Source: a virus (Duplodnaviria > Heunggongvirae > Uroviricota > Caudoviricetes). Taken from it: a DNA stretch of 19,760 nt. The notes beneath the pieces are model-generated. The model worked only from the letters and a program-made list of their open reading frames with translations, ran no database searches and was not told the origin of the DNA. Positions 7,511-16,853 of this stretch are shown piece after piece; the stretch's first letter is position 1, and every line of letters starts with the position of its first letter. The stretch spans positions 1-19,760 of IMG/VR virus record IMGVR_UViG_2698536651_000010. The stretch is one strand, 5' to 3'. A program made the position numbers and the translations under genes.

Positions 7511-8404
7511 AAAACGCATCCTATCATAGTGGAGTATTGTTTTACCACGATTTTCGAAGTTCATCATATCCAGTCGTAGATTGTCCAAAGCCTTTCGATC
7601 AAAATGCTCAAGAACGTATTGCATACCAATTTCTGTAATATGGTATCCTTGAACTGAACGTCTAATTATTGACTCTTTAATCAAGCTTGAAATAACAGAC
7701 TTAACGATAATTTCACAAAGAATAGCATCTTTCTTAGTCACCAAATGTAATAGCTCATATAGAAGTATATTATCTATACCATCCATCAAATATATACACG
7801 GCAGTATAAAACGCCGAGCGTGAAGAATATTATCTATTGAGTGATTAACTGGGTTATTTTTTTTGATGTCATTAATACTTTTTATAATTCTATTATAAAA
7901 AGCTTTACCTGTACTCAAGCTTTCAAGAGTCGACAAATCTCCTCGCAATACTGCACCGCTATTAGCACGCCGAAGCAGTTTTATAGGCCCATAATTAAGA
8001 AAGCTTTTTTTAAGTTTGAATTTGTCATCCTGAAGACATATCATTTTTTTGCACAGTTTTTCATTATTTGAAAATGCGCCCAATTCAGCGAAAGAACCTG
8101 GGCTTTCAGGAATAATAATAATAACATCGACTGAATCAGCTAAAATATTCTCCAAACTTAAAAGACTATGCTGACCTTGTCCATACAAAAGCTCATCAAA
8201 CAACTCCTCAGGATAGAATATTTCTATTTTGGGATGTGTTTCCAACACTCTTTTAACTTTATTTCTACAAAAAAACGGATCATTCAAATCGCCCCCGCAA
8301 AGGAAAACAGTAACTTTATTTTTATTTTTCTGTTGAAAAAGCCGACTTTTAATTAAATTTGCCAGATTTTGCTTCTGCAACTCCGGAATAGTTTTCTTTT
8401 TCAT
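7499..8404 (-). CDS. Putative retron effector: N-terminal NDT-like (nucleoside deoxyribosyltransferase/LOG-like) domain plus C-terminal probable winged-helix DNA-binding domain
   Basis: About 301 aa from ATG 8402-8404 (track ORF starts at GTG 8410). Glycine-rich strand VTVFLCGG and IIIPESPGSFAELGAF resemble the NDT/LOG-type active-site region. Stop TAG (7499-7501) lies inside the a1 repeat. Very AT-rich. Confidence 0.7.
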   Translation of the reverse strand: MKKKTIPELQKQNLANLIKSRLFQQKNKNKVTVFLCGGDLNDPFFCRNKVKRVLETHPKIEIFYPEELFDELLYGQGQHSLLSLENILADSVDVIIIIPESPGSFAELGAFSNNEKLCKKMICLQDDKFKLKKSFLNYGPIKLLRRANSGAVLRGDLSTLESLSTGKAFYNRIIKSINDIKKNNPVNHSIDNILHARRFILPCIYLMDGIDNILLYELLHLVTKKDAILCEIIVKSVISSLIKESIIRRSVQGYHITEIGMQYVLEHFDRKALDNLRLDMMNFENRGKTILHYDRMRFAHP

Positions 8405-8918
8405 ATCCACTTTTCCTCAGAATGATCCCATCTTTTATACAACATTCAAATCTGAGTTTCCACCCGCTGCGCGCGCTCGTATCCCCGCCACGCCTGCCCG
8501 CTTTATGTAGTGGTTTTCATGCACCTGCATGACATAAGCAAAAGCACGCCAGTTCTGGCTGACTTCAGCAAAAACGATCCTCAAACGATCATGCGATCTC
8601 ATGCGTCATAGTCATGCGCTGCCAAGGGAAGCGTAAATCCGTATCTGAATGACTGCTGAAAAGCGAATCATACGGGTTTACAAAGATGAAAGTTCGCTGT
8701 GAGCGAGAAGCGAACCTTGCAACTTTGTTGGCACAGTTTTAACACCAATTTTTTGAGGATAGCTAGAAAACTTGTGGCATAAAGGATCAGTTTCCCGATC
8801 GAACTTTTTATCAAGAAGGGCTCATAGCAATCGCCAGAAGAAGTGATGTTAAAGTATTGAGCTCGGCGTTAAGATTAAATAAATTACAGACTAATCCAAT
8901 GTTTTGTGGAAGGATAAG

Positions 8919-9962
8919 ATGGCAGTCAAGCGCGCATACTACGGTAACGATAGTGACCGAGACTACTTAGAGCGGATATTTCAGTCAGCTAACATTAACT
9001 TTCTCATCGGATCAGGTGCATCCCTCCCAGCGATTAAAGTACTGGGGACAATCGAAACGGATCTTCAGCAGCTTATTAATGATGAACAGGAAGATGAATA
9101 CTTAAGGATGGCAGCTGACTTTTTGTCAGATGTTTGGCTACCTCATGAATGCATGTTGAAGCGCGGCTACGGCACCCCCTTCGCACCTCAGGTGATCACC
9201 GATTTGGAATGTACCCGTGCAAATTATGATGCATTTATGTCTTCACTGGAAAAGATACTGACCCGCCGCCGAACTGGCCTACTTCCGAGGCGTATTAACG
9301 TTTTTACAACTAATTATGATTTATTCATCGAAGAAGCTGCCACACGTAATAACAATATTCTTTTTAATGATGGATTCAATAGAAGAGCAAGTATTTTGGG
9401 AGATGCGGAATTTGATGCGGGTAGCTTTAATCATTCTGTAAGTGCAACCGGAAATCTGTATAATTATAAAGTTGAGCTTCCTACTGTTAACCTTATAAAA
9501 CTTCATGGTTCGCTCTCTTGGCAGCATTCTAAAGGGAAAATCATTTATCGTATTGCAGATATTAAGCCGCTTGACTTTCCCACCCTAGCCGAAATGAAAG
9601 GATGGGTACTTGCTCATGCACTTATTCTTCCACGTAAGGAGAAGTTTAAAGAGACTCTACTACAGAACGTTTATTATGATTTACTGAGAACCTATTCCAA
9701 CGAGCTTGATAAAGAAGCAACTTTACTAATTGTCTTTGGGTTCTCATTTGCTGATGAGCACATTGAAACGATAACTAAAAAAGCCCTGCGCAACGCCACC
9801 CTGAAGCTACTGATCTTTGCTTTCGATGAGGCCAGTGTTAACGGCTTTATGGAGAAATTTCGGGATTACTCAAACGTAGAGATTATTTATCGGCCGGGAA
9901 GAAATGTTGATTTTCCGGTAATGAATAACATTATCACGTGCTATCTGGGAGGCTCGAGATGA
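8919..9962 (+). CDS. SIR2-family (sirtuin-like) NADase of a SIR2-HerA defence pair
   Basis: ATG 8919 with AAGGA SD (track ORF starts at TTG 8904). Motifs FLIGSGAS (NAD-binding glycine loop), VFTTNYD, KLHGS (catalytic His), LIVFGFSFAD. Stop overlaps the HerA start (ATGA). Confidence 0.85.
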   Translation: MAVKRAYYGNDSDRDYLERIFQSANINFLIGSGASLPAIKVLGTIETDLQQLINDEQEDEYLRMAADFLSDVWLPHECMLKRGYGTPFAPQVITDLECTRANYDAFMSSLEKILTRRRTGLLPRRINVFTTNYDLFIEEAATRNNNILFNDGFNRRASILGDAEFDAGSFNHSVSATGNLYNYKVELPTVNLIKLHGSLSWQHSKGKIIYRIADIKPLDFPTLAEMKGWVLAHALILPRKEKFKETLLQNVYYDLLRTYSNELDKEATLLIVFGFSFADEHIETITKKALRNATLKLLIFAFDEASVNGFMEKFRDYSNVEIIYRPGRNVDFPVMNNIITCYLGGSR

Positions 9963-11818
9963 GCAGGCATTTTACTGAAGAGGAAGCGGTGCTCCGTATA
10001 GGCGAAGTCTGTGAGGTTTCTGGACGCGCTGTGACAATTTTGGTCGATAAAAACAAAAATCTCAGTGACTTGTTTTATCAGGGAAAAGTTCTAAGAAATG
10101 TATCAGTGGGTAGCTTCATTGAGATCAAAAAAGGTTTCATGAGCCTGATCGGCAAGGTTGAAGCGGAACGAATCATTGAGGAAAAACATCTCGCTGGGAG
10201 CGGCAGTGATGCCTGGCGATATCGGCGATACCTGACCTCTACTCTTACGGGTTACATTGATCGTACTGGTTGCTTCATTGGTGGTTCGCGTGAACTACCT
10301 CTCATCGGCAATGAAGTCTTCGTGGTAACTGAAGAGATGATACAGACGGTTCATCAGATAGCTGATGCAGACGAAACTGTAATGAGGTTTACTCGTACAG
10401 ATCTTGAAGATATTGAAATTGCACTACCAATCAATGGTCTTATTAATTCCCACATTGCCATTTTCGGTAATACAGGCAGCGGAAAGTCAAATACCCTAGC
10501 CGCGCTATACAAAGCAGGTATTGCCCAAGTTAAACATATTCTCGGCAACCACTTTAGTGAAAGATGCAAATTTATTCTATTCGACTTTAATGGAGAATAT
10601 ACTGCCCCACGCTGTATTACTGACGAGAAGACGGTTTATAATCTCAACACGCACCATGCAAATGGTGACAAACTTCCTCTACCCAGAGAGGTTCTACTTG
10701 AGCATGATATGCTCTCAGTTCTAACCGATGCAACAGACAAAACACAGAAACCTTTCCTGAAGAGAGTTCTTGAGTTTCGCAAGAAAGTGATGACCGCTGA
10801 CAATCCTCTTGAGTTTATGCGCAATATCCTGAAGAAAAAAGTCAGACAAAATCTCTTTAGTAGCGACAAACCCAAATGCGATACTATAAATCAGTTTCTT
10901 AGCCCAATTTTCAAAGATGACCCAGAACTTATATCTGATCTTGAGTATCATTCAACTGCATATAAATGGAAATTGAGGGGTGGTAGTATTTTCAATACAG
11001 AAGCTGATACTGAGCGCTCCTATCTATTCAGTCTTGCAAGCAATTTTTCATTTAAAACTGATATGATTGAAGAACTGTTGGACTTTATGTACTTACAGTT
11101 AATACAGGAATATTTATCTAACAAGTCTAACCCTGAACATATTTCACCAGTTATAAATAGAATGAGTGCTAACCGTAAAGATATAGCCAAAATATTTGAT
11201 ACTTCCGGACAGTCTGATTTTTGGGGTGAACATAATTTCACGGTTGTGAATCTAAATATGGTTAATATAACCATGAAAAAAACGCTTCCTCTTTTGATAG
11301 CCAAGTGGGCTTACAATATGAAGAAAATGTCTACAGAGAAATCTACACTGCACATCATTATAGATGAAGCCCACAATATTTTGTCTAATACTTCTTTTCG
11401 GGAAACGGAAAGTTGGAGAGATTATCGTCTGGAAACTTTTGAGGAAATCATAAAGGAGGGGAGAAAATTTGGAGTTTTTATCACAATTTCCAGTCAACGC
11501 CCTAATGATATATCGTCGACAATCATATCCCAAGCACACAATTATTTTATTCATCGCCTTATTAATCAGAATGATCTGTACGCAATTGAAAAATCAGTAT
11601 CATATATAGATCGACTGACTGAAGAGTCGATTCCAACGCTATCTACAGGAACCTGTATTTTTAGTGGTATCGTCTGCCCCATGCCGCTCAAATTAAGGGT
11701 AGCTGAACTTCCAATTGAAGAAAAACCTAAGAGTAATACTATTTCCTTCAACGATTTAATACCTGAGAGGCTGGGAGAGGATGACCAGAGCGACTACGTA
11801 ATAACCAGCCCTCACTAA
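9959..11818 (+). CDS. HerA-like (FtsK/HerA superfamily) ATPase, partner of SIR2
   Basis: ATG 9959 with GGGAGG SD (track starts at GTG 9938). Walker A GNTGSGKS and Walker B/DEAH-like HIIIDEAH. About 620 aa, typical of HerA partners in SIR2-HerA systems. Confidence 0.85.
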   Translation: MSRHFTEEEAVLRIGEVCEVSGRAVTILVDKNKNLSDLFYQGKVLRNVSVGSFIEIKKGFMSLIGKVEAERIIEEKHLAGSGSDAWRYRRYLTSTLTGYIDRTGCFIGGSRELPLIGNEVFVVTEEMIQTVHQIADADETVMRFTRTDLEDIEIALPINGLINSHIAIFGNTGSGKSNTLAALYKAGIAQVKHILGNHFSERCKFILFDFNGEYTAPRCITDEKTVYNLNTHHANGDKLPLPREVLLEHDMLSVLTDATDKTQKPFLKRVLEFRKKVMTADNPLEFMRNILKKKVRQNLFSSDKPKCDTINQFLSPIFKDDPELISDLEYHSTAYKWKLRGGSIFNTEADTERSYLFSLASNFSFKTDMIEELLDFMYLQLIQEYLSNKSNPEHISPVINRMSANRKDIAKIFDTSGQSDFWGEHNFTVVNLNMVNITMKKTLPLLIAKWAYNMKKMSTEKSTLHIIIDEAHNILSNTSFRETESWRDYRLETFEEIIKEGRKFGVFITISSQRPNDISSTIISQAHNYFIHRLINQNDLYAIEKSVSYIDRLTEESIPTLSTGTCIFSGIVCPMPLKLRVAELPIEEKPKSNTISFNDLIPERLGEDDQSDYVITSPH

Positions 11819-11831
11819 TTAACAAAGTGCT

Positions 11832-11851
11832 GAAGCGGTAACGACCGCTTC
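11832..11851. terminator. Candidate hairpin between convergent HerA and DinI-like genes
   Basis: GAAGCGGT-AACG-ACCGCTTC, an 8-bp perfect stem. No strong U-tract on either side, so terminator function is uncertain. Confidence 0.3.
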
Positions 11852-11962
11852 TAGCACAAAGCGGACGATCACTTATCAAAATGCCCGCCCACCTTACGCC
11901 TCGTTTCACTCGTTGCCCAAACTAGCCCCCATCAGAATGAATCCTCCTGGAGGCAACGTTTC

Positions 11963-12196
11963 TTAATGCAGCCAGCTGTCGTCTTCCCACACTTTCTGCA
12001 TAATTTTCATCACTTGTTTTCTTTCTTCATCCAGTTGCAGTCCGGTCAGTTCCACACCGTTAGAGCTACCTTTGCGGATACGAATTACCGTTTTGGGATA
12101 CAGGGGGCGCAGATTGCGGTAAAGCTCGGATTCAAGGGCGTCCATGGTAGACTGGCTAATCTTCTGCTCTTTATCGATCATTATTTCAATGCGCAT
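11963..12196 (-). CDS. DinI-family protein
   Basis: 77 aa from the internal ATG (MRIEIMIDK...), with GAGGTG SD. Aligns in pattern with E. coli DinI (MRIE..., ...DAL..EL..., ...EERKQ...W...D.W). The track ORF carries an unlikely 24-aa N-terminal extension. Confidence 0.7.
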   Translation of the reverse strand: MRIEIMIDKEQKISQSTMDALESELYRNLRPLYPKTVIRIRKGSSNGVELTGLQLDEERKQVMKIMQKVWEDDSWLH

Positions 12197-12206
12197 AAAA
12201 GTCACC

Positions 12207-12395
12207 TCAGCTGATGATATCCATTGAGCGGTTGTATTCGTGGCTTCTGATTTTTGCCATGAGTTCATCTGTCAGTTCAGAAACCCACTGCAAAGCCAGC
12301 CCCTTCTCTTCATCACTACACTCACTAGCCGCTACAAGCTTAAGAAAAAAATCAATGCGCTGGAGCTTCAAAGACTCCAAAAAATAGTCCTGCAT
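12207..12395 (-). CDS. Small hypothetical protein, first gene of the LexA-controlled operon (possible Tum-like antirepressor module)
   Basis: 62 aa. ATG 12393-12395 preceded by a strong SD (AGGAGG). Lies about 43 bp downstream of a perfect LexA box. The Tum-like role is inferred from position and SOS control only. Confidence 0.5.
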   Translation of the reverse strand: MQDYFLESLKLQRIDFFLKLVAASECSDEEKGLALQWVSELTDELMAKIRSHEYNRSMDIIS

Positions 12396-12437
12396 CTTTC
12401 CTCCTATAACACCAAATCAATACTGTATACATAACCA

Positions 12438-12453
12438 CTGTTTATATTCACAG
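12438..12453. promoter_or_regulatory. LexA (SOS) box
   Basis: CTGTTTATATTCACAG is a perfect CTGT-N8-ACAG palindrome with an AT-rich spacer, just upstream of the small ORF/DinI-like operon on the minus strand. Confidence 0.7.
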
Positions 12454-12468
12454 TATATAATAATCTTA

Positions 12469-12499
12469 CTGATGTAAAACGTTTTTTTACGTTCATCAG
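12469..12499 (-). terminator. Candidate terminator hairpin downstream of repA
   Basis: CTGATG...CATCAG outer stem with inner AACGT/ACGTT pairing and a T/A-rich loop, followed by AT-rich sequence. Imperfect stem. Confidence 0.35.
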
Positions 12500-12547
12500 C
12501 CTGATATGCCTGGTATTATTAAGAGCACGAATTGTTAAACCGCGTAA

Positions 12548-14962
12548 TTAATACAGATCCCGCCACTTATCATCTTCCTGCAAACGCTGGTTCCGATAGA
12601 AGATACGCAGGCCTGCTCCTGACGGAATACTGCCGCCGCGAAGGAGTAAATCGACCTCTTTCTCGCTACTATCAAATCCTCTGGACTTCAGCTCATAGAC
12701 GAGCTGCTGTCGCTGATGGTCTGTAATTCGCTGTTTGTAGTCTTTACGCCGTTTCGGTTTAACCAAGCATAACCTTGCTGCCAGTTCCCGGCGCTCTTTT
12801 TTGCTCATACTGTGCAGGTAATCGTGCAACTCCTTGTCATCCATGCGGGTGATATCCGTTCTGGTATCCCCATCAGCTGATTTGTCTTTCCCTTGTTGAT
12901 TCAAATTTTCAGCAAGGGGACAGTTATTGCCACGAGTCCAAGGGGCGCAAGCGCCCTGGTCGGCTGCCGCCTCCTGAACGTCAACGGCCTTACGAACTAT
13001 TTTCCACTTCACTGCATGAGTGCAGATCTTGCCCTCTGCAATGGGTGACCAGATGCCATAAATACGAATACCGTGATCACCATAGGCGGTCGGCTCTTCG
13101 TTGATTTCATAAGCGGTTCTGATCAAGTGATATTTGCGGGGAACCAGTACGCCGCCCTGCTTCATGATGTAGGTGGCAAAACAACCAGCATCAGCAGCAG
13201 CCAGGATGGCATCAAGGCGCGGGTTATCCAGTACCGGCGCACCTGCTTTTTTGTCACCCTGTTGCCTTGCCGCCTGACCAGCCAGCAATCGCAGTTCACG
13301 GTAAGCCTGACGCCCCGGAATGCCAAAGAAGCGGAATTGCTGAACACGATGCAGAGACGCCCAGGCATTAACGTATTCAGCGTTATCACGCAGGGATTTA
13401 CCCGTTTCCTTACTGATCTCGCCAGCCAGACCACGCCCGTCAATATTCTTACTGATATATTTCGCAATGTAGCTTGTCGGCGTTCCTTTGCGCGGGTTTA
13501 TCAGCTCAGACTTAAAGCGTGGCCCCGTGTTATTGCCCAGCTCCTCGCGGTCTTCACGGATGGCAAACTTACGCAACAATGCAGTAATGGCGCGGCGGTC
13601 TTTTTTGCGCATGAAACACAACAGGTGCCAGTGAACTGTGCCGTCATGATGCGGCTCAGCCACCCGCACGCCATACCAGCGCAACCCGGCTTTGTGCATA
13701 GCCTTACGAAATGCAGCAAACATGCCGACCAGATAATCGCTGCTTTGTCTTACTGTCGCGTTGGTCCAGGTCGGGTTTGGCCTACCGTTATTTAGCGTGG
13801 AATGGAAACGTGACGGACAGGTGATGGTGTAGAAAACGGCGCAGTCACCACGCATTTCCGCGATAAGCTCCAGGCCTTTAACACAGGTCATCATCTCGTT
13901 GCGGCGATGCGCCGGGTTGCTGCTGCTGGCGTTTACCACATCCTCCATGTTCAGCGTGTCGCCGTCTTCGTTCACCAGTTCATGAGAACGGAAAAACTCC
14001 AGCGACTTACGGCGCTGCTCACGTTTATGCATCACGGCTTCATAGCTGACATAGGGAGATGCTTTTTTGCTGACCAGGCAGACAGCACGCAACTGCTCTT
14101 CCCGCCATTCGCAACGCATCTTCCATAATTTCCGATACCACCAGTCGGCGCACAGCATACGCGCCAGCGACCCCGGAATGAGTTCATAGGGCACGGGTTT
14201 ACGGCGGTTTCTTTTCCGGCGGAGTTGCTCAAACGCAGGCGGTATGACATCCAGTCGCAGGGTTTCTGCTGCCACCTTTTCCCATGTCTTGCGGATTTCT
14301 TCTGGCTTAACGTCATCGGTGGCATACAAATCACCACAAGCGGCATCAAGGCACATGCTCATATGCGCAGCGACAAGGGTAGACAGGCGCTTCACCTGAT
14401 CCTGACTCATTTCAGGCAGGATAAGCAGGCCATCCAGCCCTTCATGGCTTGCCATAAAGCGAAAAGAAGTGGATAGCTGACAGTCGCGGACATGCTCCAG
14501 TCGTTCCAGACATGGCTTAATCGTCTCACGCAAATAGCGGGAATAAGCCTTTGGCCTGCCCAGGCTGCTGAAATATTCAATACGTTGCATCAGCGGCTTG
14601 CTGATATGGGAAGGCTGGGCATTGACGTCAGCCAGAATGACCATGTCTGGATTAAAACGCTGCTGCTCATGCGCCAGCTTTGCCCGGCTAATGAGCTTAT
14701 CCTGCTCCATTTCGCGCTGGACAGGATCACGGGATTCATTAAAGAAATAACGCTCCCAGACCTGATCACTCAGTGCCTCGCGGCGCAGTTGTTCCTGCTC
14801 GTTATCGGCAGCGTACAGAGTGATCAGGTTTGAAAGTGCAGAAACCGGCGCAACTTCCGCCGGGTCCTGATAAGGGTTAATAGCCTTTTTCGGGCTGTTC
14901 CATGAGAATGCTGCGGCGACCTCGTTAAAGCCGCTGCAGTTGTTCATATCATCATGGCTCAT
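12548..14962 (-). CDS. A: Replication initiation endonuclease (P2 gpA / 186 RepA family, HUH rolling-circle type)
   Basis: 804 aa. HUH-type motif ...[11 protein letters not shown].... Large size and position at the end of the early operon fit the family. ATGA overlap with dam upstream. Confidence 0.9.
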   Translation of the reverse strand: MSHDDMNNCSGFNEVAAAFSWNSPKKAINPYQDPAEVAPVSALSNLITLYAADNEQEQLRREALSDQVWERYFFNESRDPVQREMEQDKLISRAKLAHEQQRFNPDMVILADVNAQPSHISKPLMQRIEYFSSLGRPKAYSRYLRETIKPCLERLEHVRDCQLSTSFRFMASHEGLDGLLILPEMSQDQVKRLSTLVAAHMSMCLDAACGDLYATDDVKPEEIRKTWEKVAAETLRLDVIPPAFEQLRRKRNRRKPVPYELIPGSLARMLCADWWYRKLWKMRCEWREEQLRAVCLVSKKASPYVSYEAVMHKREQRRKSLEFFRSHELVNEDGDTLNMEDVVNASSSNPAHRRNEMMTCVKGLELIAEMRGDCAVFYTITCPSRFHSTLNNGRPNPTWTNATVRQSSDYLVGMFAAFRKAMHKAGLRWYGVRVAEPHHDGTVHWHLLCFMRKKDRRAITALLRKFAIREDREELGNNTGPRFKSELINPRKGTPTSYIAKYISKNIDGRGLAGEISKETGKSLRDNAEYVNAWASLHRVQQFRFFGIPGRQAYRELRLLAGQAARQQGDKKAGAPVLDNPRLDAILAAADAGCFATYIMKQGGVLVPRKYHLIRTAYEINEEPTAYGDHGIRIYGIWSPIAEGKICTHAVKWKIVRKAVDVQEAAADQGACAPWTRGNNCPLAENLNQQGKDKSADGDTRTDITRMDDKELHDYLHSMSKKERRELAARLCLVKPKRRKDYKQRITDHQRQQLVYELKSRGFDSSEKEVDLLLRGGSIPSGAGLRIFYRNQRLQEDDKWRDLY

Positions 14963-15816
14963 GCACGCACTCCGTATACGGCTGAACTATCCACGCCACG
15001 CGAAGGATCAAATCCCACCCAGCAGCGCGGCCCGGAAACAGCGATGATTTCAGTTGCAGATTTACTCTCACCAGCTGCTACGCCGATGCTGCGTTTTGCC
15101 TTGATGTAGTGGTGAGTAAAATTGCGATACAGCGAACGGATCAGGGATGTGTCACTGTTAGAAACAATGACCGGATGTCCTTCTGATGACCGATGTTCAA
15201 GCACAGATGCCAGGCGATACTGGTCATCTTCAGTGAAGCCATCAGTGTGATAGCCGGAAAACGTACCGTCATAAGGCGGATCGCAATACACAACATCCCC
15301 CGCGTGCAACATCGCCAGCGTTTCATCGAAGCTGGCGCAGATAAACGTTGCCCGCTGGGCTTTCTCTGCAAATGCGCGAATTTCTTTTTCAGGGAAATAC
15401 GGATTTTTATAATTACCGTAGGGAATGTTGAAATGCCCGCTCTTGTTATAGCGACATAACCCACGGTAACCATGTCGATTGAGATACAGGAAATATACCG
15501 CTTTCATGAAATTAGTAATTTCAGTTGAGTAGTTAAACTCCTGCCTTATGTTGTAATAAGCCACCTCCCTGTTTGCTTCCTCAAATAAAACTCTGGCGCG
15601 AGATATAAATAATTCACAATCAGCGGCAACCTTTTTATAGAGGTTGATTAAATCAGGATTAATATCCGCAACCAGATAGCTGGGGTAATCCGTTTCCATC
15701 ATCACTGCACAGGAACCCGCGAAAGGTTCAACCAGTCGCAGGCCAGCAGGAAGGTGTTTTTTCAGTTCTGGCATAATGGCGGTTTTATTTCCCGCCCATT
15801 TCAGGATGGTGCTCAT
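14959..15816 (-). CDS. dam: DNA adenine methyltransferase (Dam-like, N6-adenine)
   Basis: 285 aa. N-terminal SAM-binding motif LKWAGNK and catalytic DPPY. Translationally coupled to both neighbours. Confidence 0.9.
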   Translation of the reverse strand: MSTILKWAGNKTAIMPELKKHLPAGLRLVEPFAGSCAVMMETDYPSYLVADINPDLINLYKKVAADCELFISRARVLFEEANREVAYYNIRQEFNYSTEITNFMKAVYFLYLNRHGYRGLCRYNKSGHFNIPYGNYKNPYFPEKEIRAFAEKAQRATFICASFDETLAMLHAGDVVYCDPPYDGTFSGYHTDGFTEDDQYRLASVLEHRSSEGHPVIVSNSDTSLIRSLYRNFTHHYIKAKRSIGVAAGESKSATEIIAVSGPRCWVGFDPSRGVDSSAVYGVRA

Positions 15817-16040
15817 ACAGCACCTCCGTTGTAATGTTTACCTTTCAGCTCTGCGATTTCCTGACAGGTAATGCAAAGCTGCACTCCCGGAATGGCGCGG
15901 CGGCGTGCTGGCGGAATTGGCGCTTCACACTCTATGCAAAGCACGCGAGACACGCCCGGTGTTTTGGCACGGGCAGCACGGATGTGGCGCTGGCGTTCTT
16001 CTTCAACGCGCTGCTGTACGAGATCCATTGCATCAGCCAT
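15813..16040 (-). CDS. DksA/TraR-family C4 zinc-finger protein
   Basis: 75 aa. Cys pairs CIECEAPI...CITCQ with a basic region between them. Stop overlaps the dam start. Confidence 0.75.
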   Translation of the reverse strand: MADAMDLVQQRVEEERQRHIRAARAKTPGVSRVLCIECEAPIPPARRRAIPGVQLCITCQEIAELKGKHYNGGAV

Positions 16041-16273
16041 CAGTGGATCTCCTGCGCTTCGTTCTGGATTGCTTCAGCAGTCACACGCAGCAGTTCTGCC
16101 GCTTCGACGTGGTTTAGTTGGCGGGATGTGATATGACACGCCAGGCTATCAAGGCGAGCTGCCATTGCTTCAGCCCTTGCCCGGCGTTCTTCCAGACGAG
16201 CCTCTGTCAGTAAAATATTAAGCCCTGCATCATCCGGTCCGGTTTTAGTCGTGAGGGTTTCAATATTACGCAT
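16040..16273 (-). CDS. Hypothetical early-operon protein
   Basis: 77 aa from ATG 16271-16273 with AGGAGA SD (track starts at TTG 16279). Stop overlaps the TraR start. No recognisable motif. Confidence 0.55.
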   Translation of the reverse strand: MRNIETLTTKTGPDDAGLNILLTEARLEERRARAEAMAARLDSLACHITSRQLNHVEAAELLRVTAEAIQNEAQEIH

Positions 16274-16340
16274 AATCAATTCTCCTGAATTTAGATAAAG
16301 GGATGCCCGGCGGGTTTACGCCATTAATTTCATTAGTTGG

Positions 16341-16682
16341 TTAATTCGGCATGGTTAGCCGTCTGGGAAATAAGCTCACCACTACACGAAAATGATTCAT
16401 TGCTTTAATCAACTCCCGCTTTTCGTCAGTGGTCAGCTCATTAATGCTGATGCTATGACGTTCAGCTGGAATTTTTGCCATAAAGAATATGGCAGCCAGT
16501 GCCCTTTTATTTTGTTCATTATTGATATCCCATGGATCACGCATATCTTTAATAAACCGCTCAAGCTCTGACTCAATATTTAGGCCAAAAACTTTCGCCC
16601 TTAACTCCGCAATGTGATTAAGTCCATTCAGGCGTTCACCGGGGCTTAATGGAACAGTCGCCGCAGTGCCTTCAATAGCCAT
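16341..16682 (-). CDS. Hypothetical early-operon protein
   Basis: 113-aa ORF in the operon orientation. Overlaps the upstream small ORF by about 36 nt in another frame. No recognisable motif. Confidence 0.5.
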   Translation of the reverse strand: MAIEGTAATVPLSPGERLNGLNHIAELRAKVFGLNIESELERFIKDMRDPWDINNEQNKRALAAIFFMAKIPAERHSISINELTTDEKRELIKAMNHFRVVVSLFPRRLTMPN

Positions 16683-16846
16683 TTGTTCCCCCGTTTTTTC
16701 GTAGATAGTTCTGCCAGCAATTCATCTTGTGAACGGCACGGATGCCAGCGTTTACCATCCTCCCCCATGATCCAGCCGTGACCGTAATGCATTGCCGGGC
16801 TTTGTTTAACCAGCAGCGATGCAAATGATGGTTCTTTCGTCAGCAT
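16646..16846 (-). CDS. Hypothetical small protein at the position of 186 fil
   Basis: About 66 aa from ATG 16844-16846 (MLTKEPSFAS...), with GAGGTG SD overlapping the cII stop. The track ORF start at 16876 would overlap cII. Confidence 0.5.
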   Translation of the reverse strand: MLTKEPSFASLLVKQSPAMHYGHGWIMGEDGKRWHPCRSQDELLAELSTKKRGNKWLLKALRRLFH

Positions 16847-16853
16847 AAGCACC

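Noticed and set aside
7841-8356. Plus-strand ORFs of 76 and 62 aa inside the retron effector gene
   Set aside because: AT-rich antisense frames with Ile/Phe/Lys-rich low-complexity translations, an expected artefact of AT-rich DNA.
13073-14833. Multiple plus-strand and alternate-frame ORFs (up to 240 aa) within repA
   Set aside because: All are nested in the 804-aa RepA gene, which carries the HUH motif. None has a motif or translational signals.
15141-16136. Alternate-frame ORFs within dam and the TraR-like gene
   Set aside because: They overlap genes with clear catalytic or zinc-finger motifs and look like frame artefacts.
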